Assembly (NCBI GenBank): GCA_015680685.1
Contig: MNCI01001040.1
Coordinates: 468,279-532,278, forward strand
DNA length: 64,000 bases
DNA from: Gnetum montanum
Taxonomy: Eukaryota > Plantae > Gnetophyta
Direction of reading: 5' to 3'
Shown here: one piece after another, positions 39,439 to 52,641 of the stretch
Layout of the letters: each line of letters starts with the position of its first letter
How positions within the stretch are numbered: position 1 is the stretch's first letter
Notes under the pieces: model-generated
What the model saw: only the letters and a program-made list of their open reading frames with translations
Database searches by the model: none
What the model was told of the DNA's origin: nothing
Position numbers and translations under genes: made by a program

Positions 39439-41938
39439 CACTTCTTACATTGATTATGGTAGAACTAGAGAAAGTGAATTATGAGGTTGCTAAGAATGTT
39501 ACATGATAGAATGATGCATTTAGGATGGTGATTCAACACATGGAGTTGTAAATTAGTAGTATTTTCTAAGATAATAGTAATAAGAAATATGAGAAGAGGC
39601 ATTCATTAGAAAAATAGGTTGTCAAATGTAGTTGATGAACCATGATATCGGGGCCACGATATCGAATCCACAATATTGGGTCCACGATATCGGAGCTTGC
39701 CATGCAATGTCAGATACCCAATATCGCGTCCTACCTCATTGCCTATAAATAAGAGCTGGGCACACTTGGTTTGCATAGTTAGTCTTAGTCTCTTACCCAA
39801 ATTCTTGCCTTCTCTCCCTCTCAGAGTTAGAATTATTTCTACATGCCTGCAGTAGGAGTCATAAAGTGAACGGATCTTTATTCGAGCATTGTGTACCTGA
39901 GCACACCTTGTGTATGGCAATAAAGATGAACTTTATGATAAACCTTGTAGCATTCAGAATAGATTAATTAATATTATTTTCAGTTATTTAATGATTTCCT
40001 TAGTTGATTAATGCTCTCGCTCTCTCTCACCCTACAACTCTCCTAAGTAAGAACACATAGTACGATCACTTCGAGCATGCATGTAACACTTGGTAACCCA
40101 GTAACAATTAGCGCTTGGTAATCCCAGTAGTGTTGCATCAGTTCAAGATGTGTATGGCAAGTGAGAATGGATACTAGTGTTAGGATTAATTAAATCCTAG
40201 TTAATTAGTGGTTAAATTAAATTAGTCACTTAGTTATCTCTCTCCTCCCTTATTAGTAGCAGGCCATAAAAACACATAAAAAATATAAAAATCATATACC
40301 TCAAGTTTACTTAACCATACAATCATGACATACAAGTAAGCTTGGGAAGATAATGATTAACCAACCCATTCTTGTTCCATCAAGGCGCATAAGCACTTAG
40401 TCCTTGGAATTTGACCAAATCGTGCTTGTACGCTTGTATTCGTATGGTTGAGCGTAGGGATACCTCACCGCTCATCATTGGCACCATTGCCGAGGACTTT
40501 GTTGTTTGTGTGCTAACTAAAACATAGGAAATATTTCACATCATTGGAACAAACCCTTAGGGTTGGTTAAAAATAATAATAATATATAATACATTGCACA
40601 CTGAATAGACAATCATGTCTCCTTCTTTGTACGAAAGTGTTTCATCACCTAGGTTTGATACATGTAACAATTGGAGGCGTAGTACACATGATAATCTGCC
40701 AATCCCTCAACAATTTTTCATGGTATATGTTCATCCTGATGAATATGTACCGAACTTTACCTTTATTCTCCACTAGGATGAACAACTGCATTAGCGAGAC
40801 TTAGAAGGTAACATAATGTTACCTCCTGATCACTCTGTCCTGGGCATGCTTCTTCGTGATCTTACACGAATTGTTATGAAACACTTATAGGCAGAGTACA
40901 TTGTGCATGATCAGGACTCAAGAGAGTACCAACCCATGGAGGCACAATGTCAAAGGGATTTGCAATAGGAGAGACATCATGATCCAGGCCTTGCAAGGTC
41001 ATTCTAGCTTCACCAGGCCTTGCAACCCGCGCAAGCACTACGGTAGTTCATCAGGAGGAGAATGCTCTGAGTCTAGGCTGGCCAATTTGGAAAATTTTCT
41101 ACTTTAGCTGTAAACAAGCTCTACGGCTCATCCTTCTTGTCCACCTAAGTAGCTCGCCTGGTCAACAGCCTGTTCAGAAATGGTGCGGAGTTGGTAGTAG
41201 CATTCTGGGTGTACCAGGAATAGTTCAGCAAGTTTTCTAAGTCATGAAGTCTGCTATGCTACGCTACACCTCGCCATGTAGCGTAGCAAGCTTCAGAAGA
41301 AAGTTGCAGAACAAAGTGTCATGCTACGCTACGCTACATAACGTAGTGTAGCATGGCAATAGCTTCACCAACAGTTCCCCACGCTCAATTTTAAATCCTT
41401 CACCAATGTCCCTTTCTGTCAAGAAGCGGCAGACCATGTCTGCTGCTATGCTACACCAAGCTACAAGGCATAGTGAGGTGTAGCAATCCTGCAAAAAAGA
41501 TAGAAGGTGGCTCGAAGGGTGGAAACAGCAAAGTTCGTGAGACATGCATCGCAAGAAACAAAGTTGATAAAATTAGTGAAGCTTTCACAACTAAGGCCAA
41601 TTACTACGCTACACTACACTACATAGTGTAGCAAGCATGCATCACACATATAGCAGAACGATCGACAAGATGCTACGCCAAGCATGCTACACTACAACAA
41701 GATGCTTTATTTACTTTCAAGCATTATTTTGCATTTCCATTCCATCTCAAAAGTACACATTGCAAAAGGCTATATAGACACTGACGTAAGTCCTTGTCTA
41801 ATCAACTAGACTGTTCAGGGTGCCCTTTATCCACACACACCTAGCACGGCCCTCCCTTGGGTACAAGGTCAAAACTGTCGCACCCGACGACCCCTCGGTG
41901 TTTTCCAGCTACCAATGTTTTTGATTGCTACAATTTTC

Positions 41939-41954
41939 TGGTGCTAGAAGGAGG
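41939..41954 (+). other. Primer binding site (tRNA-Arg type, TGGTGCTAGAAGGAGG)
   Basis: Lies just after the LTR end ...GCTACA (41932); matches the TGGCGCTAGAAGGAGG PBS typical of Tat/Ogre, with one C-to-T change. Confidence 0.85.
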
Positions 41955-42009
41955 ACCTTTTGGTGCCTTTTCCATGTGTCACAGTAATTTTGTGAGCCTT
42001 ATGTACCCT

Positions 42010-42690
42010 AATACACATAAGCATAAATGTGACACCCTCCTACGGTTGTTTGCGCTTTGTGTGGTGCAGATCGGTCACCTCGACGGTTCCTCGGGAGCCC
42101 TACAGAACACAAGGCCTCCGATTGCCAACTAACTAGCTCTTTTATGGTTGTCTTGCATGTGTTTTGTATCCCATCTCGTGTGGTACAGACTGGTCACTTT
42201 GACGGTTCCTCAGGGATCCTACGAGATGCAAAGCCTTTTTGATCGCTAGTTAGCTTGCCTGTCTTACGGTTGTCTTGCATGCGTTTGGTACCCCATCTTG
42301 TGTGATACAGACCGGTCGCTTCGACAATCCTTCGAGGATCCTGCAAGACACAAAGCCTTCTTGTTAGCTTGCTTGTCTTACGGTAGTCTCGTAAGCCTTC
42401 CATATCCCAATACGCATTAGCGTAGACTTGACACCCATCTGTGGTTGTTTATGTGTCGTGCAGTGTAGATCGGTCGCCTTGACGGTTCCTCAAGTGCCCT
42501 ACGAGACATAAAGCCTCCGACAGCTAGTTACCTCACCTTCCCTTCTTATAGTAGTTTTGCACACGCTTTGCACCTTAGCTCGCACAGACGTAAACGTGAC
42601 ACCCTGTTGTGGTTGTTTACGCCTTGTGTGGTGTAATTCGGTTGCCTCGACGGTTCCTCCAGAATCCGGCAAGACGTAAAGATTCTTTTT
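42010..42690 (+). repeat. ~5 diverged copies of a ~110-170-bp repeat in the Tat-2 5' UTR
   Basis: Recurrent TGTGGTGCAGATCGGTCRCCTCGACGGTTCCTC core near 42060, 42180, 42300, 42463, 42628. Confidence 0.8.
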
Positions 42691-42774
42691 CACTATTTGT
42701 TCCAATTTTCCTATTCGTTTGCACTCTTTGGCATAGCTTTTGCACTATCCTTTTGTCTAACTACCTTCTTAACA

Positions 42775-45700
42775 ATGGCTTTTTCAACTACCGCTGCCAA
42801 TGCCTTCAACGTGGAAACCCCCTTCAACGTTGAAGTTCCCATCACGGTTCAAGGCACCGCTGGTGCTGAACAACCTTTGAACCCAACATTGGAAGCACAT
42901 CGATCTCTCAGAATCCAAAACTAGGAACTTGAGGCATTAGCCCAGCAACACAAGCGTTACATTTTCCTTTGTGCAAAGGTGCAGGCTAATCTACCCTTGG
43001 ATTTACACGAAATCAAAGAAAAACGTAGCTTCGAGTTTGCTTATTGCAACGGGAAGGAATTCGTTCCTGCCCCCGGCATTCCTTTGCTTTTAACATAAGC
43101 ATATCAAAGGCTATTCGACCAATTAATCTAATTGGCTATACTTAGGGAGCAACAGGACATCGCGTCCAACCAGGACGACGCCTTTCAAGACAGATAGGAG
43201 GAACTCGATTCCCAATCTGACGAGGGAGGTTAGGCCAACCCCATTCCTGTCGCACCTACCCAGTCCTTCTGGGCCAACCTACTGTCTGTCACTACCCCCT
43301 TTGCCATCACACCTACGCTTCAGCAGCCTACAACTAAAAATGCAATGGGTAGCCATGCCACATTCTCGGCATATCATCGCCCTTATTCCCTTGTTGCGTT
43401 CGCAGCAACTGTGCCCCTGCAAACTGTTTATCAGTACATTCCTATAGTGCGTAACATGCCTATCATGGCTACCCTACCGCATGTTCACATTGTACCTACT
43501 TCGCAACTGCACATAGCTTCCATGTCAATTCCTACATACATGTCTATTCCATCCACTTTGGCAAGCCACAGCCTATCCACATGGTGGATCCCATTCGCTT
43601 CTTCATTTGTTCTACAACCATCGTAGATGTCTCACTATGTTCGCCCTCAGACCTACCTAACCCCGCAAACAGTACATCCTAGCACAGGGCCATGGTCTGT
43701 CCCGTCGGTAATCCAAATAGTCTATTCGGCAGCTCAACCTGCTATTACTGCATTGACAATACCACCCACTAGGTGGTGGACAATGCAAGTAGCACCTTTA
43801 GTGGGGGCAGCCCCAACGGCACTGCCGATGAGTCAGCCCACCACCGCCACCATGCCGCATGTGGGAGCTACCACTGCAGTCTCTCAACCATCTACAAGGT
43901 TGCCAGGTCTAGACTAAGCATTTTAGCTCATCCAGACCCTCACTAAGGAAATAAAACACCTCAAATTTGTTGGGTCTAACATGGTACAAGTCATGGACTT
44001 TTATCAGGATGACCTCGTTAGCCCTGCAATCCGTGCTTTAACGTTACCCCCCAGGATGTCTCTCCTACACTTCACAAAGTATGACGGGGAGGGAGATCCC
44101 AACGCACATCTTGTCACTTTCAGGTCTAAGTCTTTGCTATCACAACAATGACCGCATACGATCATTCGCATCTTCACCATGTCCCTAGCTGGGAAATCCC
44201 TAGATTGGTACCGCACGTTGCCACATTCATCCATTTCAACTTTGGAAGAGCTGCTGACCCAGTTTGTGACACGCTTCAAGTACAACTTGAAGCTAGAAAC
44301 CACGCTAGATCAGTTGATGAGTGTGAAATAGGACACGCTAGAACCAGTCCAAAAATTCATTCAACGTTGGAGCGCAACCCTTAACGAAATCCGTGAGCCC
44401 ATTACGGAGGCCCACTTGCTGGCCGTCTTTAAGGGTGCAGTAAACGACTTCATCAAGTCCAAACTGTACTATCTCGCTCCTCGCTCTCTCAATCAAGATT
44501 TCGCTCAAACTAAGAGCATACAGGACACGGCCAAGATAAGAAAAGACCTGGAATACATCGCTTACAAGAGCACCTTCGCAAAGAAGGAAAAAGGTAAGGC
44601 CCCGACAACCACTGTGGCGGCTGTGGCAACAAAGGCCAAGCCAAAACCTAGCAGCAGTGGTAGCAAGAATAACAAGAAACCGACCATACCTACAGCTAAC
44701 CCCATGCCCAAACTAGGCCAAGCACCACAACCTGCTGTGCCTACACCCAAGACATCTACATACACCAAACCCAACTTTTAGCACAAAGATCGCTCGAAAT
44801 ACACCCCGCTACCTCTCAAACCTTCAGAACTCCTGAAGCAACTGTTGGCAGCGGGAAACACAAGACATCAACACTACTACGAGCTCCTTAGGAATCCCTC
44901 TTTGGCCTTGCCCAATGAGCCCCCAGTTCCTAGGGGTTTTAGGCTAGACAAGTTTTGTGACTACCACCAACTATGTGGTCACACCACGGATTATTGTTTG
45001 TCATTGCAGGATGACATCCAAAGATTAATTGATCTAGGGAAGCTGGTGTTGAACGAAAGCAACCCAGTACGCCTTGAAAATCAATCTATGTATGTGTACA
45101 CAGATCCCCTCAACACCAATAATGCCAGTTACGTAATCAACACCATCGGCATTAACAATGATCCCAGGCCACCCTTCTAGCCATTTGTGATCCGTGTGCC
45201 TCAGCGTAGTGCACCAGCACCACCAATGATTAGTCCAAGCTCGCAGCCGTCCTTCATCCTAAAAGTCCCACCATGGGCATCCACCTTGCCACCGCCTATT
45301 GGCGAGGCCGCACGGTCCTATCAGTTAACATCTTTAGCTCCATTCGTCATTAGGAGATCGACGTCTTCAAAAACCCTTACCCTACGCAACAGAATTGAAC
45401 AACCTCCTCACCACTGGTCAAGCGAGACGTCGAAGGGAAGTACCATCAGGGGTATCCCCAAGCCTACGCCTTTGCCCCTCGCTTCTACATCTTCGTCACC
45501 AAAGATGAAGGTCGACATGATTACGCAGCCTTCATTACCCTACTGATAGGGATCTGAACCCAAATCTGAGGTCACCTCTCCTTGGGAGATTCGTCTTCTA
45601 GGACGAATCAAAGAGGAAGAGGGTGTCAAACAAGCAGGTGCCCAAGACCTTCTAGATGCCCTCACCCAGGTCAAGCAAGCCCTACAGCAGAAAATGCTAC

Positions 45701-46337
45701 ACCGAGCTTATATGACCTAATCATGACATCTGTACCCCACCAAGAAGCTCTAGTCCACATATTAACGGTGATTCCGATCGATGAAAACATGCCAGTAGAA
45801 GAGGAAGCGATCCACTCGGTAATGCTTCCCTCTATACCCGCAGAGCCTGCACCACCCCAATTAACTTTCTGTAACGACACCATTAGGGAAGATCCTGAAG
45901 GGGGTCAAGTGACTACGGTGCCTCTTTCCATCACAATTCGAGTCGAACAACACCGGATCTGAAGGGTACACGTTGATGATGGGGCTGCCACAAACATCAT
46001 TTCCTTCCCTATTGTGGATAAGTTGGGATTGGTGAACTAGATCAAACCAACGAAGACATCGTGTCTAAGGTCCTTCAACGGGGCATGCGTCCTGGTGAAA
46101 GGCACAGTTCATGTAAACTTCATAGCAGGGGACTAGTTCCCCACAGACGCAACGTTCATCGTAGTCAAAGAAATGCCCAGGTTTAACTTGATCTTGGGAA
46201 GATAATGGTTAGTGCAACTTAGGGCTGTCTCCTCGCCTATACACCAGGAAATCCACTTACCATACACGGGTAGGGAGGTGGTAATCCATGGTGACAAAGT
46301 GGCAACGCAAGCAATCAGCAACGTAAACATGGAATAG
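42775..46337 (+). pseudogene. Tat-2 gag-protease with a long Pro/Thr-rich N-terminus
   Basis: ORF fragments at 43345, 43627, 44416, 44845 and 45187 share the frame of ATG 42775. Motifs: KYDGEGDPNAHL (~44077), Tat-type FCDYHQLCGHTTDYC, and after a frame change protease RVHVDDGAATNII (~45963) and FNLILGR. Confidence 0.88.
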
Positions 46338-46659
46338 GGCTCAAAGGTTACGACCTGTGAGAATGAAGCACCTGTTCATGCATGCATTAATCATTCAATG
46401 GAAGGATTGGCTTAGCAAGCCGACTCCCAAATCAAAAACGCATGGGTCGAGTTGCCCTTCCAAGTGGAGGACAACGATGTGAATAAGTGCCCTGGCGAAA
46501 CACCTCAGCCTTACATTCCAATCGACCCACAACGGGTCAAGAAGCAGCTACGCATAGCATAGCAACCCTACTGCTTCCTACCAAGTTGCCATCCCTTGTA
46601 CATTCGTCATTTCCTTGCCTTGTTAGTATGCCATCCTTTTGGCATGCTACGCTAATAGC

Positions 46660-47046
46660 CCGAAATGGCCTAAAACTATCATCACCGTTTTCTGCTTCGT
46701 TAACGTATTACCTCTTTTGGACAATGGCCCAGAATGGCCTAAAACTAGCATTGTTGCTTTTTCGCTTTATTCTTTTAGCATGTTATGCAATGACCCAAAA
46801 TGACCTAAAACTAGCACCGTTGCTTTCTGCTTTATTAACATGCTATTTTTCTAGCATGCAATGCTAACGCCCCAAGATGGCCTAAAACTAGCATCATCAC
46901 TTTGTTGCTTTGTTAATGAACTATCTCTTTTGGCAATGGCCCGAAATGGCCTAAAACTAGCATTGTTGCCTTTCGCTTTGACATGTTGCATAATGGCCCG
47001 AAATGGCCCAAAACTAGCAATGGCTTGAGATGGCCTAAAACTAGCA
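46660..47046 (+). repeat. Tandem imperfect repeats with core ATGGCCTAAAACTAGCA
   Basis: About seven cores; a similar motif occurs at 178-250 in Tat-1. Confidence 0.8.
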
Positions 47047-47224
47047 TATGAGAGCATGAATACTTTACATAGTACACAAGTTAACATAAAATCAGTTTCT
47101 TTTCTGAAGCTTTTCATTTCGTTCAAAATTTTTGCCTATTGGTAATGTTTGCAAAATTTTCAAAGAATTTCAAAATTTTAGCATTTCAAAATTAGCAAAA
47201 AATTCAAAAAAAAATCTCATGCTA

Positions 47225-50200
47225 TCATGGGGTGTCTCTGTTTGCATCGCCTTCGCCACTTGCCTCTGCTTCATCTGCTGGTGCATCATCTGCCCCTGCA
47301 TTGCCTTCTGCCGGTTCTTCATTCCCTCCCTCCACAGGTCTCACACCCTCATCTAGAGCCTACATCGCAAGAATTAAGTAGTTAGCTAGGGCAACAACTG
47401 CAACAAATGCAAGCTATAACATAGCATGAGCATCTACTCATTAAAGTGACTAACCTGAGAGGGGCCCACGTCGGTCTCAAAGGGTATCCAGTCTAGACCA
47501 AACCTGAGGTGATGCCAAATCTCTTTTTTCATAATGTCCATCCAATGCCTGTCGCTAGGTTCAGCATTCACAACAGCAGCTTTCTCCCTTTCCACAGTCA
47601 TCTATCTTAGAGGTTCCATGGAAAGGGAGGTGGTTGCGGTCTCTCCTATAGGAAGGTCCACCTTCAAGTCAGGAGATTCCGTAACCTTCACCCACTCTTT
47701 AAACTTAGCATAGGCCTTAGAAGCGCCAATGGCATTCATGAATGCTTTATAAAAGAATGGCTTCATAGCAGCGTCTTTGTACAGTCTCCGATGGGTGTCG
47801 TTCTCCAGCTTGTATGCATGTTTGTGGTTTCTCTGGGTTCGCCCCCATTCAAAGACTTTAGCACTAATATCTTTCATATCCTGACACTTCTAGGCTAGCA
47901 AGTCCATCTGCATTTATTGTTCGACTATCTCGCAGGTGGATTCAACATTCTGGTGAACGACAGTCCAAAACCTGGCGTAGTCATCTACATCCCTCTTACA
48001 ATCGACAACGTTAGGGTTATGGTTTATGAGGAAGTCGACCCTCGACCTAAGGATCGCCACCTCAGTGACCAGCTCAGCCTCTCTCTTCTTAGCCCTATGG
48101 GCCCGTTTCCACAGATCCTCATTAGTGCACTTACACTTCCACAGAGAGCGTGCTGAGTGCAAGACGCACTTGTGAGCCTCATCGAACACACGATGAGGTA
48201 CATGGGTCATGTCAAGTGAGAGTGTAGGCACGGCATCAATTCTCATGGGTTGAGCTGGGTCCCATTTGAGCCGAGAGCCTGCGTCAACCTAAGGAACAAA
48301 GCAATCGCATTAGCATAGCAAAATCAACAAACTCAAAAGTTTTTAACAAAACAACATAGGATCATTTAATACTGCCACTTACCTGCACGAGGGTCCACCT
48401 ACTGAAGGCGTCTGATCATGTCGTCAACAAGCCCCTGCACGAACGTAAACTTGTCAGGGATCTCAGCCCACAACTCCGCACAAATCAGAGGAGGTCTCAT
48501 GACATTAGCAGTAACACCTGTTACACGATTAACCATGTCAGCAATGGCCAAAATGGACTATGATAAGGTAGACATCCCACCAACTCACCAGTGCCTGACT
48601 ATGGTCTTTCTTCTTGCTGATGCAAGATTATTGTAGTAGCCTCAGTGGAGGACCCTGCCAAATCCATACAAGCCCCTTCCTCATGCGCTGGTGCCTTTCT
48701 TTTTAGGAGACCAACATCTTTTTTATTCAAGGGAGACACCTCTTCGTCAATAGGAGGAGGCTCCCTAATGACAAGCATCCCTGCCCTAGAGACAGGAGCT
48801 CCCTTATTCCTGACCAGGGCCCTTTCCTCCGAGACTAGGGCCTCCACATCTTTATTCATCGCCCTCGTCCTAAGCATCGACACTTCCTCATCGCCTTCTT
48901 CTTCATCTTCTTCTTTCTCTGCTAAGCAAAAAAGGCATGTTTCGGTCGATTCAAAACAAGCTAGTTCAAAACAAATGCTACGCTACGCCGCACTGCCTAG
49001 CGTAGCAAACTATAATAAAGTAAGCATTACACAAAAATTCTTACCAATGGGGGGTTGCGTCCTCTGTAGCTTGAGCCACAATCTTTGTCCCTACTCTTCG
49101 TGAAGGGTTTCCTTGGCTCAGGGAGGTCTCTTCCTTCGCAACTCCTTGGGCACAGTCTCAACTATGAGACGTTCACCTCATGTCACGCTACTAGTTATGA
49201 TAGGGGACATCTCTCCTACGCTATCCTAGCCACGAATGCTACGAGCTGCCAAATTTTTAGTCATTATAGACAACGACTCCCCAACCATTTCCAAGGGATC
49301 CTAGGCTTACATAGTCTAGAGAACCTATCGAATTCATGGCTTGGGAATCTGATCACGATCTCGCACGAACCAGACTCCATCCTCCTAGACCACTAGGAAC
49401 TCCGCGAAGTGCTTCAAACAGCCTATGTAGAAGGCATAGTGTATGTTAGAGCGACACTTCGTTTGCTCATGGAGCCCAAAAATCTCAACCTGCAAGCCAC
49501 TACATAGGAAACTAGCCCAGTTGTAACGGGCCCCTTCTTCCATAACCTCTTGCATTACCCAGGCCTACTCAAGCCCCAGGACCTTCTCTTAGGTGAGCAG
49601 TTGAGGGAATGCATGAGCACAAAAGATCGAGTAAATCTCCATGGCAAGGCCATCCTTAAGCTTTTCCAAAGGGAATTCTTTTCGCTCCTTGGTGAGCCTC
49701 AACCACTCCTTGATATGCTGCTTCTGAAGGGTCAACTCCTGTTTTCCCTTCAACACTACGGAGGCACCATTGTCAAGAACATCAAAAAGATTTGCAAACA
49801 GCTGGTCATTGATTTCAATGATCACCTGCACACCCCGTACGTACGTGCAAAAATGAATTGTCCTCCTAGAGAAGGAGTTGACTAAGGAAAGCATCTCGGC
49901 AGTAGAGATGCTCGAATTCGAAGCCAAGAATAGATCCATAAGCCTCTCGAGCAAGGAGTCCAAGGCCCCTCATTCTAACCAGCTTTGGCTCGCTGCTACT
50001 TCGCCATATTTGAAGTAGATGTTTGCCCCCTGCCTCTTGGTGGTTACCACCATCACCTCACGAGGCTTCTTTGCCCTTGCAACAATTTTCACAAAATGCA
50101 CGTAGCATAACACTGCAGAGAATTCAAAGATTACGAAAACACTTGAGCACACAGTGCCTACCTTTTAACCCACCAGGTCTATATGGAACGGGAACAGCGG

Positions 50201-51714
50201 GAGTTTAATCAAAGCCTCTTTAACCGTGACCTGCTTGAAGGGTTCTTTCCAATCCTTATCCAGCCAACCCTTCTCCCTACACTGATTATAGAGAGTGTCG
50301 AGCATGTGTAGATAGGTACGGTATTCTCCCCCACATTGACCAATCACACCCATCCACAGGTTCTTGGCAGAAGCAAACTCCCGTAAGGCTAGCTGCACTA
50401 TAGCCAGTAGACCCGGTTGGTTGTGAACCCCGTCATCATCAATGTAAAACCTAGTGACAAACATACACCGTTAAGCCTTTGGTTGGTATGGTCAGCGTTG
50501 CACAACAAAGCAAAGAAAAGATGCAAAACTCACGTGCCAGCACAATAGACAGTCCCCTGTGGGTTCTGAAAGTATATCGCCATGTGATGTGTGAGAAACA
50601 ATGTGTTGTATTGGTGATAGTAGTTGAATTCCGGCATGTCCCAAATCGAGGCTAAATGCCTCAACCCTGTTGAGTGTTGGCTAGATCCTCCTCCCTACTT
50701 GCTCATGATTGCCTCATCGGTAAAATATCTCAGGATGCCCCGATTTGTCCCTGGCAACATGGCTTCTATTATGCTGGATGCCTCCTTCTCCTCTAAGGAA
50801 GACCAAACAATCACACTACAGTGGTTGAGAAGGAATTGCAAGAAGTCTTGTGCCTCTTCCTTGAACCAAACTGCTTGATCTCCCAAACGTATTTGGGGAG
50901 GAGGAGCATTGGCCACAAGTCTGCTCACATGGCACAAGACCCCTCCAATGTCCAAAACAATCAGCTGGGACCTTGGTCCTGCCCTGCACAATGTAGTCAG
51001 CAAATATTAGTATCACACTTGAACGTAATACATGCGCAACATAGCAACTTCTAGTAGCCCATACATATAGTATAGCATGACCCTTTTCCCATACATATAG
51101 TATAGCATGACCCTCTGCCTGTACATAGCGTAGCAAGGGTGTGGAAGCCTAACGTAGCAGGAGCATGCGAATAGCCTAGCATAGCAGGAGCATGCGAATA
51201 GCCTAGCATAGCAGGAGCATGCGAATAGCCTAGCGTAGTAGCAAAACAATTGATGACATGCCCTAACAAAACATGTGTCACATTACCACATCACACCATG
51301 GCCTAGCCCCCTCAAGGGTTCACGTTGCAACATGCTAAGGTCAAGCGACTTAAACTACCTTAGCCCCCGTGGTTGTAACAACCACAGCTGTGGTGGTTTT
51401 AACGGCCTTGCATGCAATCACGATGCAATGTTTATGCATCTTCCATGGCCGAAACGATGACTACGGTGGTGCAAAGGCCAAAATGATGCAACCACAGAAA
51501 ACGTGGAGAACCAAGAATGGACGCAAACAAATAGGATGCAAAACTAGAGCAGAAAATAGCAAAAAGTGCAACACAAAAAAGGCAAAGAGGACAGAGTAAC
51601 TTACTGGGTCAACAGTGTGCTCTTTCACGCCAGAACGCGCACTTGTGGCGCATGCCTCAGGGTCTTTTTCACCTCCTCAACCTTCACAAGTTCCAAATGA
51701 GTCTTAGGAGCCAT
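47225..51714 (-). pseudogene. Spliced antisense accessory gene of Tat-2: FCP1/NIF-like HAD domain, transposon-associated central domain, coiled coil and acidic tail (~1,150 codons, several in-frame stops)
   Basis: Exons 51714-51605, 50983-50534, 50450-49045, 48921-48383, 48288-47455, 47359-47225. All five introns are GT-AG with compatible phases (2,2,1,0,0). Starts MAPKTHLE, ends TGA TAG; ATAAATA at 51872-51866. The TAA at 50167-50165 may be a decayed CAA, an intronic base triplet, or a true boundary between two genes. Confidence 0.8.
51057..51240. repeat. Tandem repeats (30-bp x2 and 27-bp x~3.5) in intron 1 of the antisense gene
   Basis: CCCATACATATAGTATAGCATGACCCT twice; GCAGGAGCATGCGAATAGCCTAGCATA repeated. 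Confidence 0.9.
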
Positions 51715-52196
51715 GGTCCTGCTTGCAGATTTACGCCCTTCACTATAGAAATTCACCTTGCTAATCGATCAACACAATTGCTTCGCGTTCCAAAATCGCC
51801 TTGTGCTCTGATGAGGGTTCTGCGCTCTTACGATAAAAATGGTGAAATTACCAAGGTCTAACCCCTATTTATGGCCATAAGAGGAGGGAAAACTTGTTGC
51901 CCTCTCTCTCTCCGATTAATGTGGAGTGCGCCGTATAGCGTAGCATGCTCGCCATGACATCATAACACGATTAGCATTAAAGCCTTGACACACTTCAAGC
52001 CAGCTACTTACCTTCCCAAAAACAAAAAATAATATTTGTTTTTGATTAAGGGTCTGAAAAGATCTTAAACTAGCAATCCTAGCATAGTTGCACCCCTCAG
52101 GGTCCAAAAAGACCCTAAATTAGTAGTTTCAACCTATTACGATCGCAATCCACAAATAACGTTAAACTAACAACACCACATGCTTACATCAGTGGT

Positions 52197-52241
52197 TATC
52201 TCATCTTCTTTCACATAGGTAGTATCACATTTCTTAGTGGT
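52197..52241 (+). repeat. Left 45-bp direct repeat (identical to 56449-56493)
   Basis: TATCTCATCTTCTTTCACATAGGTAGTATCACATTTCTTAGTGGT at both ends of the PLE. Confidence 0.97.
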
Positions 52242-52641
52242 AGTTAAAGTTATCAATCTACGATTGGTAGTTCACCTCTCGACCAAAGAAAAGCATTTCA
52301 TGTGTGGCTCTACCATCCAACATCAAAATATCTTTTTTTTCTTAAAGCCCACTGAATATTTTTTTTTGGGACTCTATCTTAAGCATTATCTAACTCGATG
52401 AAAATCATATTCACATTATTCTTTTTATATTAAAATTTTTGCATAAGTTTTCTTAGTAAGAAAACGACTTCTATAATTAAACTCCCTAGCATAAAACCAA
52501 ACCGATTCATTAAAATGATAAGAATAGCTTACCATAAATATATAAAATTTCATAAGCATAAATTTATTCTTCTAAATTTTTGTAAATCTTCCAACCACTT
52601 GTGGAGTCGTCCCTAAGAACTTCTCCTTTCGGCCGAACCAG

